A stretch of DNA of 61,066 nucleotides, taken from Eubacteriales bacterium (lineage in GTDB: Bacteria > Bacillota > Clostridia > Christensenellales > MB2-83). Numbering within the stretch: position 1 is the stretch's first letter; each line of letters opens with the position of its first letter. Location of the stretch: positions 1 to 61,066 of the forward strand of contig JAHAZM010000022.1 in assembly GCA_018385275.1 (NCBI GenBank), in the 5' to 3' direction. A program made the translations under genes and the position numbers. The notes beneath the pieces are model-generated. The model was not told where the DNA came from. It did not search any database and saw nothing but the letters and a program-made list of their open reading frames with translations. Shown here piece after piece: positions 1-11,595 of the stretch.

Positions 1-1
1 G

Positions 2-230
2 CCGACGCCGTACGGTACGGCGTCGCATTCGACGTCTCAGTATACGACGCCGCTTCCGAAGGCGACGCCGAAGACTACGCCTGAACCGACGCATAAGCCT
101 TTTGCGTCTCCGACTGCTACGCCGACGCCTACGCCTACGCCGACACCGACGCCTACGCCGACTCCGACGCCGTAACCCACGCCGGAACCCACCCCGACAC
201 CGACGCCCGCGCCGGAACCAGACTGTAGTT
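2..230 (+). repeat. Pro/Thr-rich (PT)n linker-coding low-complexity tract (frame 2), interrupted by an in-frame TAA at 173-175 and closed by TGA at 230-232
   Basis: Frame 2 reads ...TPEPTHKPFASPTATPTPTPTPTPTPTPTPTP*PTPEPTPTPTPAPEPDCS*. The complementary strand gives the GVGVGV run of the spurious 37..981 ORF. Confidence 0.7.
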
Positions 231-807
231 GACTGCGCCGGTTATTCTGCAGGACCCGGAGCTTCCTACCGGATGTGAGGCGACCGCGGCGGCGATGCTT
301 CTTCAGAAGGCCGGTTTCACGATCACGAAAACGGAATTGGCCGATCGGCTGCCCAAGCAGGGCGCGCCTGCCGACGGCTACGGATATGACCCGGATAAGT
401 ATTTCATCGGCGATCCGTACGGACAGGGAAAGGGATGTTTTGCAAGCGTTCTGACGAGTACCGTCAATGCGTATCTGACCGAGCAGGGCTCGGATCTGCT
501 GGCGTATAACGTCACAGGGATCGAGTTTTCCGGACTGGATGCGTTCCTTGAACAGGGACAGGCCGTTGTCGTTTGGGGCACGATGGGGATGGTGGACGTC
601 AGTCAGACGATTTCGTGGATCGATCAGGAATCCGGGAACGAGATTTTGTGGAAACGACCGGAGCATTGTCTGCTTCTGATCGGATACGACAGGGCCGCCG
701 GAACGTATCTTTTCAACGACCCTCAGAAAGGCCTGACGGAGTATGCCGCCGGTCAGTTCGAGAAGATATGGAATCAGATGGGCGCCAGAGCGATGATCCT
801 GAAATAA
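229..807 (+). CDS. Peptidase_C39_2 / YvpB-like cysteine peptidase domain. Probably the 3' part of a disrupted or mis-assembled secreted protein gene.
   Basis: The 192-aa ORF begins at TTG directly after a TAG, with no SD. VILQDPELPTGCEATAAAMLL matches the Q...GCE catalytic-Cys pattern of C39-like peptidases. The expected upstream PT linker is in another frame. Confidence 0.6.
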   Translation: MTAPVILQDPELPTGCEATAAAMLLQKAGFTITKTELADRLPKQGAPADGYGYDPDKYFIGDPYGQGKGCFASVLTSTVNAYLTEQGSDLLAYNVTGIEFSGLDAFLEQGQAVVVWGTMGMVDVSQTISWIDQESGNEILWKRPEHCLLLIGYDRAAGTYLFNDPQKGLTEYAAGQFEKIWNQMGARAMILK

Positions 808-826
808 AAATAACGATGATGGCAAA

Positions 827-855
827 AGCGTGCGAGAGAATCGCACGCTTTTTTT
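827..855 (+). terminator. Rho-independent terminator after the C39-like gene
   Basis: agcgtgcga-gagaa-tcgcacgct: a perfect 9-bp stem followed by a T run. Confidence 0.75.
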
Positions 856-960
856 GTTGCCGCCGCGGGAACGCGCCGGGCAGGAGGAAGCGGGAAACAG
901 GCTGGGAACAAGACGGAACAGGAGAAGCGGAACGTCGCAAAAAGAAAAAAGCTTGGAAAG

Positions 961-992
961 GCAAAAAGAAAACCCGCTCAAAGAGAAGCGGG
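961..992 (-). terminator. Rho-independent terminator of the atp operon
   Basis: The minus strand reads cccgct-tctctttg-agcggg followed by ttttcttttt. Confidence 0.6.
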
Positions 993-1030
993 CAGAATCG
1001 CGGAAAAAAGAGCGGATGCGGGAGCGCGAA

Positions 1031-2697
<1,667 letters not shown>

Positions 2698-3507
2698 TTA
2701 AGAATCGCTGCCCGCGACGATTTCGGTAATCTCCTGGGTGATCGCGCCCTGACGCGCCCGGTTATAATGCAGGCGCAGATCTTCGATCATGGCTTCGGCG
2801 TTCTTGCCGGCGCTGTCCATGGCGGCGCGGCGCGCGGCGACCTCGGAAGCGAAGCTTTCGCGCACGGACGCGGCGATGAGACCGGAAATATACTCGGGCA
2901 CAGCGGCGTTGAGAACGGTCAGTTCGTCCGGTTCAAACAGAACGGAAGCGTTTTTCTGCGAACCCTGCTTTAAGGGAAGAAGTTCGCGGTAGAAGGCCTC
3001 CTGCGACAGCATGGAGCGATAGCGCGTGCTGACGATGCCGAGACGGTCGTAAGCGCCCTCGGCGAATTCCCGGCAGAGACGCTGCGCCAGTTCGTAGGCG
3101 TCGGACGCGCTGAACTTTTCCGAGGAAACGGGATCGCCGCCGTAGCGCTCGCAGGCGCGTTTGCCGATGGCGATAACGGATTCGGCGGCCGGAAGCGTGG
3201 TCATGAGGCGGAACACGTTGGCGTTATAGCCGCCCGCCAGTCCGCGATCGCCGGCGACGACGATGAGACGGAGTTTTTCGCCGTCCTTGTGCTCGTCGCG
3301 CATATAGGGGCTGCGCTGACACTCGGGGCAGGAGGACAGCACCTCGGCCAGACGTTCAAGCGCGCCGGCGTAATCACGGCTGTGCAGCATGGCTTCCGTG
3401 GCGCGGCGGATCTTGGAGGAAGCGACCAGTCCCATGGCTTTGGTCAGATGAAGAGTCGAGTCGACGCTCCGGATACGCGCGCGGAGCGCTTTGGTATCAG
3501 CTCCCAT
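2698..3507 (-). CDS. atpG: F1 ATP synthase gamma subunit
   Basis: 269 aa, located between alpha and beta. N-terminal ALRARIRSV..T.KITKAM-like helix and C-terminal ITQEITEIV motif. Confidence 0.9.
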   Translation of the reverse strand: MGADTKALRARIRSVDSTLHLTKAMGLVASSKIRRATEAMLHSRDYAGALERLAEVLSSCPECQRSPYMRDEHKDGEKLRLIVVAGDRGLAGGYNANVFRLMTTLPAAESVIAIGKRACERYGGDPVSSEKFSASDAYELAQRLCREFAEGAYDRLGIVSTRYRSMLSQEAFYRELLPLKQGSQKNASVLFEPDELTVLNAAVPEYISGLIAASVRESFASEVAARRAAMDSAGKNAEAMIEDLRLHYNRARQGAITQEITEIVAGSDS

Positions 3508-3513
3508 ACGGCG

Positions 3514-5007
3514 TTACTCCTTCATGCTCTTCAGGGCTTTTTCCAGCTCTTCGATATCGCTCTTTTCATAGAAACCCTGTTCAAAGCGATCCAGCAGATG
3601 ACGGTATTCGGCGTTGAGCAGATCGTAGAGCTTTTGTTCGTATTCCGGCACGTCCTTGACCGCCACGTCGTTGAGGAATCCTTTGGTAACGGCGTAGACG
3701 ATGGCGACCTGACAGCCGACGCTGACGGGGGAATTGCGCTTTTGCTTGAGCACCTCGACGATACGCTCGCCGAGGGCGAGACGGGCTTTGGTATCCTCGT
3801 CCAGATCGCTGCCGAACTGAGCGAAGGCGGCCAGTTCGCGATACTGCGAGTAGAGCAGTTTAAGCGGGCCGGCGACTTTTTTGACGGGCTTGAGCTGGGC
3901 GGAGCCGCCGACGCGGCTCACGGAAATACCGGGGTTGATGGCGGGCATGATCCCCGCGTGGAACAACTCGGTTTCCAGAAAGATCTGTCCGTCCGTGATG
4001 GAAATGACGTTCGTCGGGATATAGGCCGACACGTCGCCGGCCTGCGTTTCGATGATCGGCAGGGCGGTGATGGAACCGCCGCCGTATTCGGGCGCGACGC
4101 AGGCGGCCCGCTCCAGCAGACGCGAATGCAGATAGAACACGTCGCCGGGATAAGCTTCGCGGCCCGGCGGACGCCGGATCAGCAGAGAAAGCGCGCGATA
4201 AGCGACGGCGTGCTTGCTCAGATCGTCGTATACGATGAGAACGTCCTTGCCTTGTTCGCGGAAATACTCCGCCATGGCGCAGCCGGAGTAGGGCGCGATG
4301 TACTGCAGAGGCGCGCTTTCGGAAGCGGAGGCAGCCACGATGATGGTATACTCCATTGCGCCGGCCAGCGTCAGTTCGTTGGCCAGCTGGACGACGGAAC
4401 TGCTTTTTTGCCCGATGGCGACGTAGATGCAGAGCACGCCCGTGCCCTTCTGATTCATGATCGTATCCACGGCGATTTCGGATTTACCGGTCTGGCGGTC
4501 GCCGATGATGAGTTCGCGCTGGCCCCGTCCGATGGGGATCATGCAGTCGATGGCTTTGATGCCGGTCTGCAGCGGGACACAAACGCTCTGACGCTCGATG
4601 ATGCCGGGCGCCTCCGATTCAATGGGCCGGGTTTCTTTCGTCAGGATCGGGCCTTTTCCGTCGATGGGCTGGCCGAGCGCGTCCACGACGCGGCCGAGCA
4701 GAGCCTCGCCCACGGGGACGGAGACGACACGGCCCGTGCGCTTGACGACGGTGCCCTCGCAGATGCTGTTGCGGTCGGAAAGGACGGCCGCCGAGACAGT
4801 CTCGTCCTCCAGGTTCTGCGCCATGCCGAAGCTGCCGTCTTCAAACTCGAGCAGCTCGCCGGACATGCAGTTGCGCAGGCCGTAGATCCGGGCGATCCCG
4901 TCGCCGACCAGAATGACGGTGCCCGTTTCGGTCATTTGTGTACGACTATGATAAGTGCGGATCTGCTCCTTGATGATGGAGCTGATTTCCTGCGGATTCG
5001 TGCTCAT
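3514..5007 (-). CDS. atpA: F1 ATP synthase alpha subunit
   Basis: 497 aa. Walker A GDRQTGKS, and overall alpha-subunit pattern. Confidence 0.97.
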   Translation of the reverse strand: MSTNPQEISSIIKEQIRTYHSRTQMTETGTVILVGDGIARIYGLRNCMSGELLEFEDGSFGMAQNLEDETVSAAVLSDRNSICEGTVVKRTGRVVSVPVGEALLGRVVDALGQPIDGKGPILTKETRPIESEAPGIIERQSVCVPLQTGIKAIDCMIPIGRGQRELIIGDRQTGKSEIAVDTIMNQKGTGVLCIYVAIGQKSSSVVQLANELTLAGAMEYTIIVAASASESAPLQYIAPYSGCAMAEYFREQGKDVLIVYDDLSKHAVAYRALSLLIRRPPGREAYPGDVFYLHSRLLERAACVAPEYGGGSITALPIIETQAGDVSAYIPTNVISITDGQIFLETELFHAGIMPAINPGISVSRVGGSAQLKPVKKVAGPLKLLYSQYRELAAFAQFGSDLDEDTKARLALGERIVEVLKQKRNSPVSVGCQVAIVYAVTKGFLNDVAVKDVPEYEQKLYDLLNAEYRHLLDRFEQGFYEKSDIEELEKALKSMKE

Positions 5008-5543
5008 TGGCCGAGCACCTCCTTCATCTCGTTGAGTTTATGGCGGAGACTGCCGTCGATGATGCGGTCGTCCATCGTGACGATGACGCCGCCGAGGATC
5101 GAGGGATCCGTTTCGTAAACGGCCTCCACCCGCTGCCGACTCAGCTTTTCCAGCTTGGCGATGAGCGCCGTCTTTTCTTCCGGCGTCATTTCCACGGCGG
5201 AAACGACTTTGACCCGGGAAACGGCGCAAAGAGCCAGAAACATCTTCTCATATTCCCGGACGAAAGCGGAAAAACGAGAGACGTGTCCGTGCCGGCAAAA
5301 CAGCCGGGTCGCCGTGAGAGCCTGTTCGTCGACGGCTTCTTCGAAAGCGGCGACCAGCAAACCGTCCCGCTCGTCGGCCGAGAGGTTCGGCGCGCTCAGG
5401 ACGGAATAGTATTCGGGCTGCGCGTCAAAAGCGGCGAGGATGGTACGCAGTCCATCCAGGACCTCTTTTTCAGCGTGCCGTTCACCTGCCAGTTCAAACA
5501 GGGCGACGGCATATTCTTTTGCCGCGTCAGTCATCGTTCTCAC
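5004..5543 (-). CDS. atpH: F1 ATP synthase delta (OSCP) subunit
   Basis: 179 aa, between b and alpha. YA.ALFELA start and GG..V...D...DGS...+L C-terminal pattern. Confidence 0.85.
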   Translation of the reverse strand: MRTMTDAAKEYAVALFELAGERHAEKEVLDGLRTILAAFDAQPEYYSVLSAPNLSADERDGLLVAAFEEAVDEQALTATRLFCRHGHVSRFSAFVREYEKMFLALCAVSRVKVVSAVEMTPEEKTALIAKLEKLSRQRVEAVYETDPSILGGVIVTMDDRIIDGSLRHKLNEMKEVLGQ

Positions 5544-6045
5544 CCATTTCGGCGATCGCTTCGTCGATCATCGTTCTGTGATCGTCGGGGCTGACCTTGC
5601 GGGCCAGGAACTTCTCCGTCAGCGCGACGGAAACGTCCGCGATCTCGCGCTTGATCTGCGCTTCGGCGCGTACGCGTTCCTGTTCGGCGGCGGTCTGTGC
5701 TTCCCGTACGATGACGGCGGCTTTTTCCTTGGCCTGCCCGACGATCTGATCGCTGCGGCGATTGGCCTGCTCGGTGGCGGTTTTAATCACCTGAGCGGCT
5801 TCGGCGTCGGCGGTCTGCATTTTCTCCGCCCAGGCGGCACGGTCGGCTTCGGCGTCTGACCGGGCGGCGGCCGCGGCGCTGTATTTTTCGTCGAGCGCCG
5901 CCTGACGCTGGGCCAGGACTTTTTTGACCGGTTTATAAAGGAACCGCTTCAGGATGAGAAACAGGATCACCAGATTGCACAGCGAAGCGACGATCTGCCA
6001 GATGTTGACGGATATGACTTCCGCGTTCTGCATCAATACCTGCAT
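5527..6045 (-). CDS. atpF: Fo ATP synthase b subunit
   Basis: 172 aa. One N-terminal TM helix, then a long Ala/Glu/Arg-rich helix. Operon position supports the call. Confidence 0.85.
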   Translation of the reverse strand: MQVLMQNAEVISVNIWQIVASLCNLVILFLILKRFLYKPVKKVLAQRQAALDEKYSAAAAARSDAEADRAAWAEKMQTADAEAAQVIKTATEQANRRSDQIVGQAKEKAAVIVREAQTAAEQERVRAEAQIKREIADVSVALTEKFLARKVSPDDHRTMIDEAIAEMGENDD

Positions 6046-6057
6046 GACGGGAACTCC

Positions 6058-6348
<291 letters not shown>

Positions 6349-7251
6349 TTACCTCCGTTTTTTGGATTTTGCAGCTTTTTTTCGGGCGTAAAGCTCCGCC
6401 GGGAAGCCGCCGGCTACATAGAGCATGGTCAGCGTGGCGAAGATAAACGCTTGAAGCAAGCCGCTGAACACGTCAAAGTATATCGAAAGAACAGCGGGGA
6501 CGCCAACGCGCAGCAGGGGGATATCCCCCAGAATGCCGGGCAATCCACCGAGGATCGCTTTGCTCAGACCGGTCAGCGCCGCGCCCAGAAGGGCGGAAAT
6601 CACGGCGCCGGAAAGGATGTTGCCGTAATGACGGAACGCCATGGATACGGGCGTAGCTACTTCGCTGATAAGGTTGAGCGGCAGCAGCAGCGGCACCGGT
6701 TCGGTAAAACTCCGCAGATACTGGAGCGGGCCGCATTTCATCTTGAAATATGTAATCAGGAAAAAGACCAACAAGGCCCAGCCGCCGACGACGTTGATAT
6801 CCGAGGTGGGGGCGTGGAGTCCGAGCAGGGACAGCAGACTGGAAAAGGCCGAAAGAGCCATCATAGCGATGATGAAGGGGGCGAAGCCGGCAAAGTATTC
6901 GCCCATGTTTTCGCAGACGAGACGGTCAACCTGCTCAACGGCCCATTCGACCAGGTGCTGACGGCGGCTGCCGCCTTCCGGCGTGATGCCGTGCGTCAGA
7001 TACAGGCACAGCCAGAAGAGAGTGAGCATGACCAGCCAGGAATTGACCTGAGACTCGGAGATCGGGAAGGGTCCGATCGGAGTGTCCAGCGTGAAATAAA
7101 TCAGCGCGCCGGAAATATCGATCCCCTCCGTCGCCGGATAGAACAGGATCCGGATGACGATGCCGGCCAGTAAAGGCAGGACGGCGAGGACAAGGAGAAG
7201 GACGTCCACGGCGCGGAACAGCTTATTCGGTTTTGCAGCGGTGGCAGTCAT
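6349..7251 (-). CDS. atpB: Fo ATP synthase a subunit
   Basis: 300 aa polytopic protein. FRHYGNILSG contains the conserved stator Arg. Operon position supports the call. Confidence 0.9.
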   Translation of the reverse strand: MTATAAKPNKLFRAVDVLLLVLAVLPLLAGIVIRILFYPATEGIDISGALIYFTLDTPIGPFPISESQVNSWLVMLTLFWLCLYLTHGITPEGGSRRQHLVEWAVEQVDRLVCENMGEYFAGFAPFIIAMMALSAFSSLLSLLGLHAPTSDINVVGGWALLVFFLITYFKMKCGPLQYLRSFTEPVPLLLPLNLISEVATPVSMAFRHYGNILSGAVISALLGAALTGLSKAILGGLPGILGDIPLLRVGVPAVLSIYFDVFSGLLQAFIFATLTMLYVAGGFPAELYARKKAAKSKKRR

Positions 7252-7646
7252 TTTTCGTTTTTATCTTCCTTTTTCAGCAGAAGCTGACGTAGCATGACGG
7301 CGATCCGGGGAAAAAACACCGGCAGGATCACGGCGACGGTATTGAAGCAGGGCAGGATCACGCCGACGGCCAAAACAGCGAACAGGCCGACCATCCGAAG
7401 TCCCTGCGAGGCGCGCATCATCTGGCGGGCGTCTTTTTCTTCCCGGCCCGCGGCGGCCTGTACGGTCAGCCCCATCAGAAAGAAATTGGCCACGGCGGCC
7501 GCGCCGGTCAGCAGATTGCCCAGCAGGACGGTATAGTCCCATTTGCCGATCACGAGGAAAACGGCCTGCATCAGCGCGCTCAGGATCAGCGTAAAAAGCG
7601 CGATATACCCGGTTTCCCGGAGAACGGTTCTGTCCGGCGCGCGCAT
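7248..7646 (-). CDS. atpI: AtpI-like small membrane protein (ATP synthase protein I family)
   Basis: First gene of the operon, with 4 hydrophobic segments. I place the start at the ATG at 7646 (MRAPDR...), preceded by AAAGGAGGAAG. The tracked start at 7757 lies upstream of the predicted promoter. Confidence 0.7.
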   Translation of the reverse strand: MRAPDRTVLRETGYIALFTLILSALMQAVFLVIGKWDYTVLLGNLLTGAAAVANFFLMGLTVQAAAGREEKDARQMMRASQGLRMVGLFAVLAVGVILPCFNTVAVILPVFFPRIAVMLRQLLLKKEDKNEK

Positions 7647-7676
7647 GAGCGTCTTCCTCCTTTCTATAATACATGA

Positions 7677-7705
7677 ATTATAACATGGGAAGCGGAATTT
7701 GGCAA
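7677..7705 (-). promoter_or_regulatory. Sigma-70-type promoter of the atp operon
   Basis: The minus strand reads TTGCCA-17 nt-TATAAT, about 30 nt upstream of the atpI start. Confidence 0.6.
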
Positions 7706-7826
7706 ACGGAGAAAGAGAAGAAACGCAAAAAAACGGGAAGACGGCGAGGGAGGGCAAGAAGCCGTCCGGCGGTATTTTTCAGACGGGCGCGGCATATGCT
7801 GTAACGATAAAAAGGAGGAACGGAAT

Positions 7827-8210
7827 ATGGAATTCAAACGGATGCTGCCCGGTCTGGCGCTGGGCACCTTGCTGGCGTTGGGCGTTACGACGGCCGCGAT
7901 CCTGGTCTACGCGCTGATCCTGGTTTCGGCGCCGGAAGCCGAAGACGGGCTGGAGACGTTCAATCTCATTCTCAAGATCTTCAGCGTGGCGGTCGGGACG
8001 TTTTTTGCGCTGAAAACGCCGGAGCGCGGCTGGCTGACCGGTCTCATCGTCGGTCTGGCTTATGTGACTCTGGGGTTTTTGCTGTTCTCCCTCATCGACG
8101 GAAGGCTGGAGCCGGGACCGGGCCTGCTGCTCGACGAGCTGCTCGGCGCCGTAACGGGCGTCGTCGCCGGGATCGTTACGGTGACGATCCGCGGAAAAAA
8201 GCGTAGATAG
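7827..8210 (+). CDS. Small 4-TM membrane protein (YrzE/TIGR04086-like by pattern)
   Basis: 127 aa. AAAGGAGGAAC SD 6 nt upstream. Four hydrophobic helices and a basic C-terminus. Confidence 0.7.
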   Translation: MEFKRMLPGLALGTLLALGVTTAAILVYALILVSAPEAEDGLETFNLILKIFSVAVGTFFALKTPERGWLTGLIVGLAYVTLGFLLFSLIDGRLEPGPGLLLDELLGAVTGVVAGIVTVTIRGKKRR

Positions 8211-8280
8211 CCGAAAGCGTTTGCTTAAAAAAGGCGCCTGTGGTAAAGTATATTTATAACAAGCTGCAGGGAGAAGACTT

Positions 8281-10866
8281 ATGAAAAACGTCATGGTCGT
8301 CATAGACGGGAACAGTTTGCTGTTTCGCGCTTTCTACGCCGTGCCGCCGACGCTGAAAGCGCCGGACGGGACGCCGACGAACGCGGTGTACGGGTTTCTC
8401 AACACCTATCTCCGGATATTGAAGGAATTCGATCCGACCTACGTCGTAGTGGCGATGGACGAGCATGCGCCGACTTTCCGGCATGAGTTTTTCAGCGGAT
8501 ATAAAGCGACGCGCCGGCCGACGCCGCCGGAATTCATCGAGCAGGGAAAGTATTTCCTGCCGCTGCTGGCGCAGATGAACGTCGCTGTGTCCTCCTGCCG
8601 GGGCTATGAAGCCGACGACGTTTTGGGCCGGTGGAGCGCCGCTTGCGACGAAAAAGGGATCGAGTGCCTTCTCGTCACGGGAGACCGGGACAGCCTGCAG
8701 CTCATTACGGACAATACCAACGTGATCTTAGCCAAAAACCTGCCCGGGGGCGGGACTGATCTGGTCCGCTATGACAAGGCGGCGATGGCTGAAAAATACG
8801 GGATGACGCCGGAGCAGTTCATCGACCTGAAAGCGCTGATGGGCGACGCCTCGGACAATATCCCCGGCGTCAAGGGCATCGGGGAAACGACGGGCGTTAA
8901 GCTCATCGGCACGTACGCCTCTCTCGACGGCGTTTACGCGCATCTGGACGAGATCAAGGGCAAATTGGGCGAAAAACTGGCCGCCGGCCGGCAGGACGCT
9001 TACGACAGCCGGTATCTCGCGACGATCGTGCGGGACGTGCCGATCGAGCCGGATTGGGAGGCGGCGCGCCGCCGTCCGGCTTCCGCGGAAGCGCGGCATA
9101 GTTTCGTGCGCTTCGGATTCGCTTCTTTGATCGGGAAATTCGAGTTTGAAAACGGATCGTCGGCCGCGGCGCCGCAAGCCGACGGCGAGACGCCCGCTCA
9201 TACGGAGACGGTTTTGTCAGGCGAAGATCTGCGCGCGGCGATCGGACGGATCCGCGATCGCGCCGCCGTTCTGATCGCGGAGGAGATCACGCTTTACGAC
9301 GGAAAAACGCTGATCCGCGTTCCGGTCAAAACGGATCTGCTCGGCGACGGGTTGACGGCGGACGAGGCGCTGGACGGGCTGGCGCCGCTGCTGGCGGACA
9401 CTTCCGTCGGCAAGATCACGGCCGAGACCAAAAAGATGCGCTATCTGCTTGACGGACGGGAACTGGCCGACGTAGTCGACGACGTTTGTCTGGCGGAATA
9501 CCTGATCGATTCCGTGACGCAGGATTATTCGCTCAAACGCCTGGCCGGCAAGTACCTCGGAAAATTTGAGGGCGCGCCCGACGCGTTCGATCTGTGGCGC
9601 ATTGCGGAGCGGGAAAACCGGCAGCTCGACGCGGCGGGCATGGGAAAACTGTACAGGGAGCTGGAACTGCCGCTGGAACGCGTGCTTTATGAAATGGAAA
9701 AAGCGGGCTTCGCCGTCGATCGTGAGGAGCTGATCGCGGCGGGCCGGGAGATGGACGGACAAATCGCGGCGCTGAACGAGGAGATCCTGGCGCTGGCCGG
9801 AGAGACGTTCGATATCAATTCGCCCAAGCAGCTCGGGGTGATCCTGTTTGAAAAACTCGGGCTTACGGGCGTAAAAAAGAATAAAAACGGGAGTTATCCG
9901 ACAGACGCGGAGACGCTGGAAAAAGCGGCCGATCAGCACGAGATTGTGGACAAGATCCTCGATTACCGCAAACTGACGAAACTCAGGAACACGTATGTGG
10001 AAGGGCTGCTCACGGCGCTGGAGCGCAGCGGCGACGGACGGATCCACACGCATTTCATGACGACGGCGACGGCCACGGGACGGCTCAGCAGCGCAGAGCC
10101 GAACCTGCAGAACATTCCGGTGCGGACCGCCCGCGGCAAGGAGCTGCGCCGCGCGTTTTCCGCTTCTCCCGGCTGCGTGCTGGTGGACGCGGACTACTCC
10201 CAGATCGAATTGCGCGTCATGGCGCATATGGCGCATGACGAGAATATGCTCAAGGCGTTTGCCGACGGCAAGGATATCCATGCGTCCACCGCCGCCCGCG
10301 TCATGGGCGTGCCGCTTTCGGCCGTTACGCCGCAGATGCGCGCCGACGCCAAAGCGGTCAATTTCGGCATTATTTACGGGATCAGCGAATTCGGTTTGGC
10401 GAAAAACATCGGCGTCGCGCGCTGGAAAGCGGGCGAGTTCATCAGCCGGTATTTCGCTGAATACCCGGGGATCCGGCGTTTCACGGAGGAAGCGCCGGAA
10501 GCGGGCGAGCGCGACGGATACGTCAGCACGCTTTTCGGACGGCGGAGAGAGATGAGAGAGCTGACCAGTTCGAATTACAACGAACGGCAGTTCGGCAAGC
10601 GGGTGGCCGTCAACATGCCGGTTCAGGGGACTGCGGCCGACATCATCAAAGTCGCCATGCTGCGTATCGACCGGCGTCTGCGTGACGAAAACCTGCGCGC
10701 GCGGATGATTATGCAGATCCACGACGAGATCATTCTGGATACGCCGCGCGATGAAGCGGACAGAGTGGCCGCGCTGGTGAAAGAATGCATGGAGAACGCC
10801 GTAAAGCTGGACGTGGCGCTGAAAGTCGACGTCAGCGTGGCGGAAAACTGGTACGATTGCAAGTGA
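8281..10866 (+). CDS. polA: DNA polymerase I
   Basis: 861 aa. N-terminal 5'-3' exonuclease domain. Polymerase motif A DYSQIELR, motif B RADAKAVNFGIIYG, motif C QIHDE. Confidence 0.97.
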   Translation: MKNVMVVIDGNSLLFRAFYAVPPTLKAPDGTPTNAVYGFLNTYLRILKEFDPTYVVVAMDEHAPTFRHEFFSGYKATRRPTPPEFIEQGKYFLPLLAQMNVAVSSCRGYEADDVLGRWSAACDEKGIECLLVTGDRDSLQLITDNTNVILAKNLPGGGTDLVRYDKAAMAEKYGMTPEQFIDLKALMGDASDNIPGVKGIGETTGVKLIGTYASLDGVYAHLDEIKGKLGEKLAAGRQDAYDSRYLATIVRDVPIEPDWEAARRRPASAEARHSFVRFGFASLIGKFEFENGSSAAAPQADGETPAHTETVLSGEDLRAAIGRIRDRAAVLIAEEITLYDGKTLIRVPVKTDLLGDGLTADEALDGLAPLLADTSVGKITAETKKMRYLLDGRELADVVDDVCLAEYLIDSVTQDYSLKRLAGKYLGKFEGAPDAFDLWRIAERENRQLDAAGMGKLYRELELPLERVLYEMEKAGFAVDREELIAAGREMDGQIAALNEEILALAGETFDINSPKQLGVILFEKLGLTGVKKNKNGSYPTDAETLEKAADQHEIVDKILDYRKLTKLRNTYVEGLLTALERSGDGRIHTHFMTTATATGRLSSAEPNLQNIPVRTARGKELRRAFSASPGCVLVDADYSQIELRVMAHMAHDENMLKAFADGKDIHASTAARVMGVPLSAVTPQMRADAKAVNFGIIYGISEFGLAKNIGVARWKAGEFISRYFAEYPGIRRFTEEAPEAGERDGYVSTLFGRRREMRELTSSNYNERQFGKRVAVNMPVQGTAADIIKVAMLRIDRRLRDENLRARMIMQIHDEIILDTPRDEADRVAALVKECMENAVKLDVALKVDVSVAENWYDCK

Positions 10867-10879
10867 CGGAGGAAAAGAT

Positions 10880-11503
10880 ATGTACGTCATCGGGCTCATG
10901 GGAGGCATTGCCTCCGGAAAAAGCAACATCAGCCGGTATCTGGCCAGGCGCGGCGCGCAAATCATCGACGCCGACGTTGTGACCAGAGAACTGCAGCGGA
11001 TCGGACGCGCGGGCTATCTGGGCATCCGCGCCGGCTTCGGAGACGAGTTTTTCGCTGACGACGGAGAGCTGCTGCGCGCGGCGCTGGCGGCTTACGTGTT
11101 CGGAAACGAAGCCAGACTCAAGAAGCTCAACGATATCATGCTGCCTCTCATCGACGAGGAGATCGCCCGCCGGATCGAAAAAGCCAGAAAGACCAATAAA
11201 AAGCTGGTCGTTATCGACGCGGCGATCCTGTACGAGTCGACGGCCATCAACCTTTGCGACGAGGTGTGGCTGGCGATGGCGGACAAGAATGAAAGGATCC
11301 GCCGCATCCAGGAGCGCAACGGTTTGAGCCGGGAGAGCGCGCAGGCGCGTATCGACTCGCAGAAACCCGATGCGGAGCTCCTCAAAAGAGCGGACCACGT
11401 CATTGTCACCGAAGGGACGTTCGAGCAGACCTACGCCATCGTGGACGACCTTCTGCGTCAGATCGGAGCAAAACTCGCCGCGGCAAAAACCGGGGCGGAA
11501 TAA
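10880..11503 (+). CDS. coaE: Dephospho-CoA kinase
   Basis: 207 aa. P-loop GLMGGIASGKS. Conserved polA-coaE neighbourhood. Confidence 0.9.
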   Translation: MYVIGLMGGIASGKSNISRYLARRGAQIIDADVVTRELQRIGRAGYLGIRAGFGDEFFADDGELLRAALAAYVFGNEARLKKLNDIMLPLIDEEIARRIEKARKTNKKLVVIDAAILYESTAINLCDEVWLAMADKNERIRRIQERNGLSRESAQARIDSQKPDAELLKRADHVIVTEGTFEQTYAIVDDLLRQIGAKLAAAKTGAE

Positions 11504-11540
11504 AGACCGCTCCGCAAAGCGGAAGCGCGGCCGAAAGAAA

Positions 11541-11583
11541 CCGGGCCGGGAACGACAATTCGTTCCCGGCCCGGGCTTTTTTA
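11541..11583. terminator. Bidirectional rho-independent terminator between convergent coaE and the esterase gene
   Basis: ccgggccgggaacga-caat-tcgttcccggcccgg: a 15-bp perfect stem, flanked by an A-rich tract upstream (gaaagaaa) and a T run downstream. Confidence 0.85.
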
Positions 11584-11595
11584 CGGGATCCGGTC

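Noticed and set aside
37-981. A 314-aa minus-strand ORF with a long GVGVGVGV repeat.
   Set aside because: It is the reverse complement of the PT-linker tract and of the C39-like domain gene, and it runs through two terminators. It has no start context. The 13439..13663 plus-strand GVGAGVGS ORF opposite the esterase linker has the same explanation.
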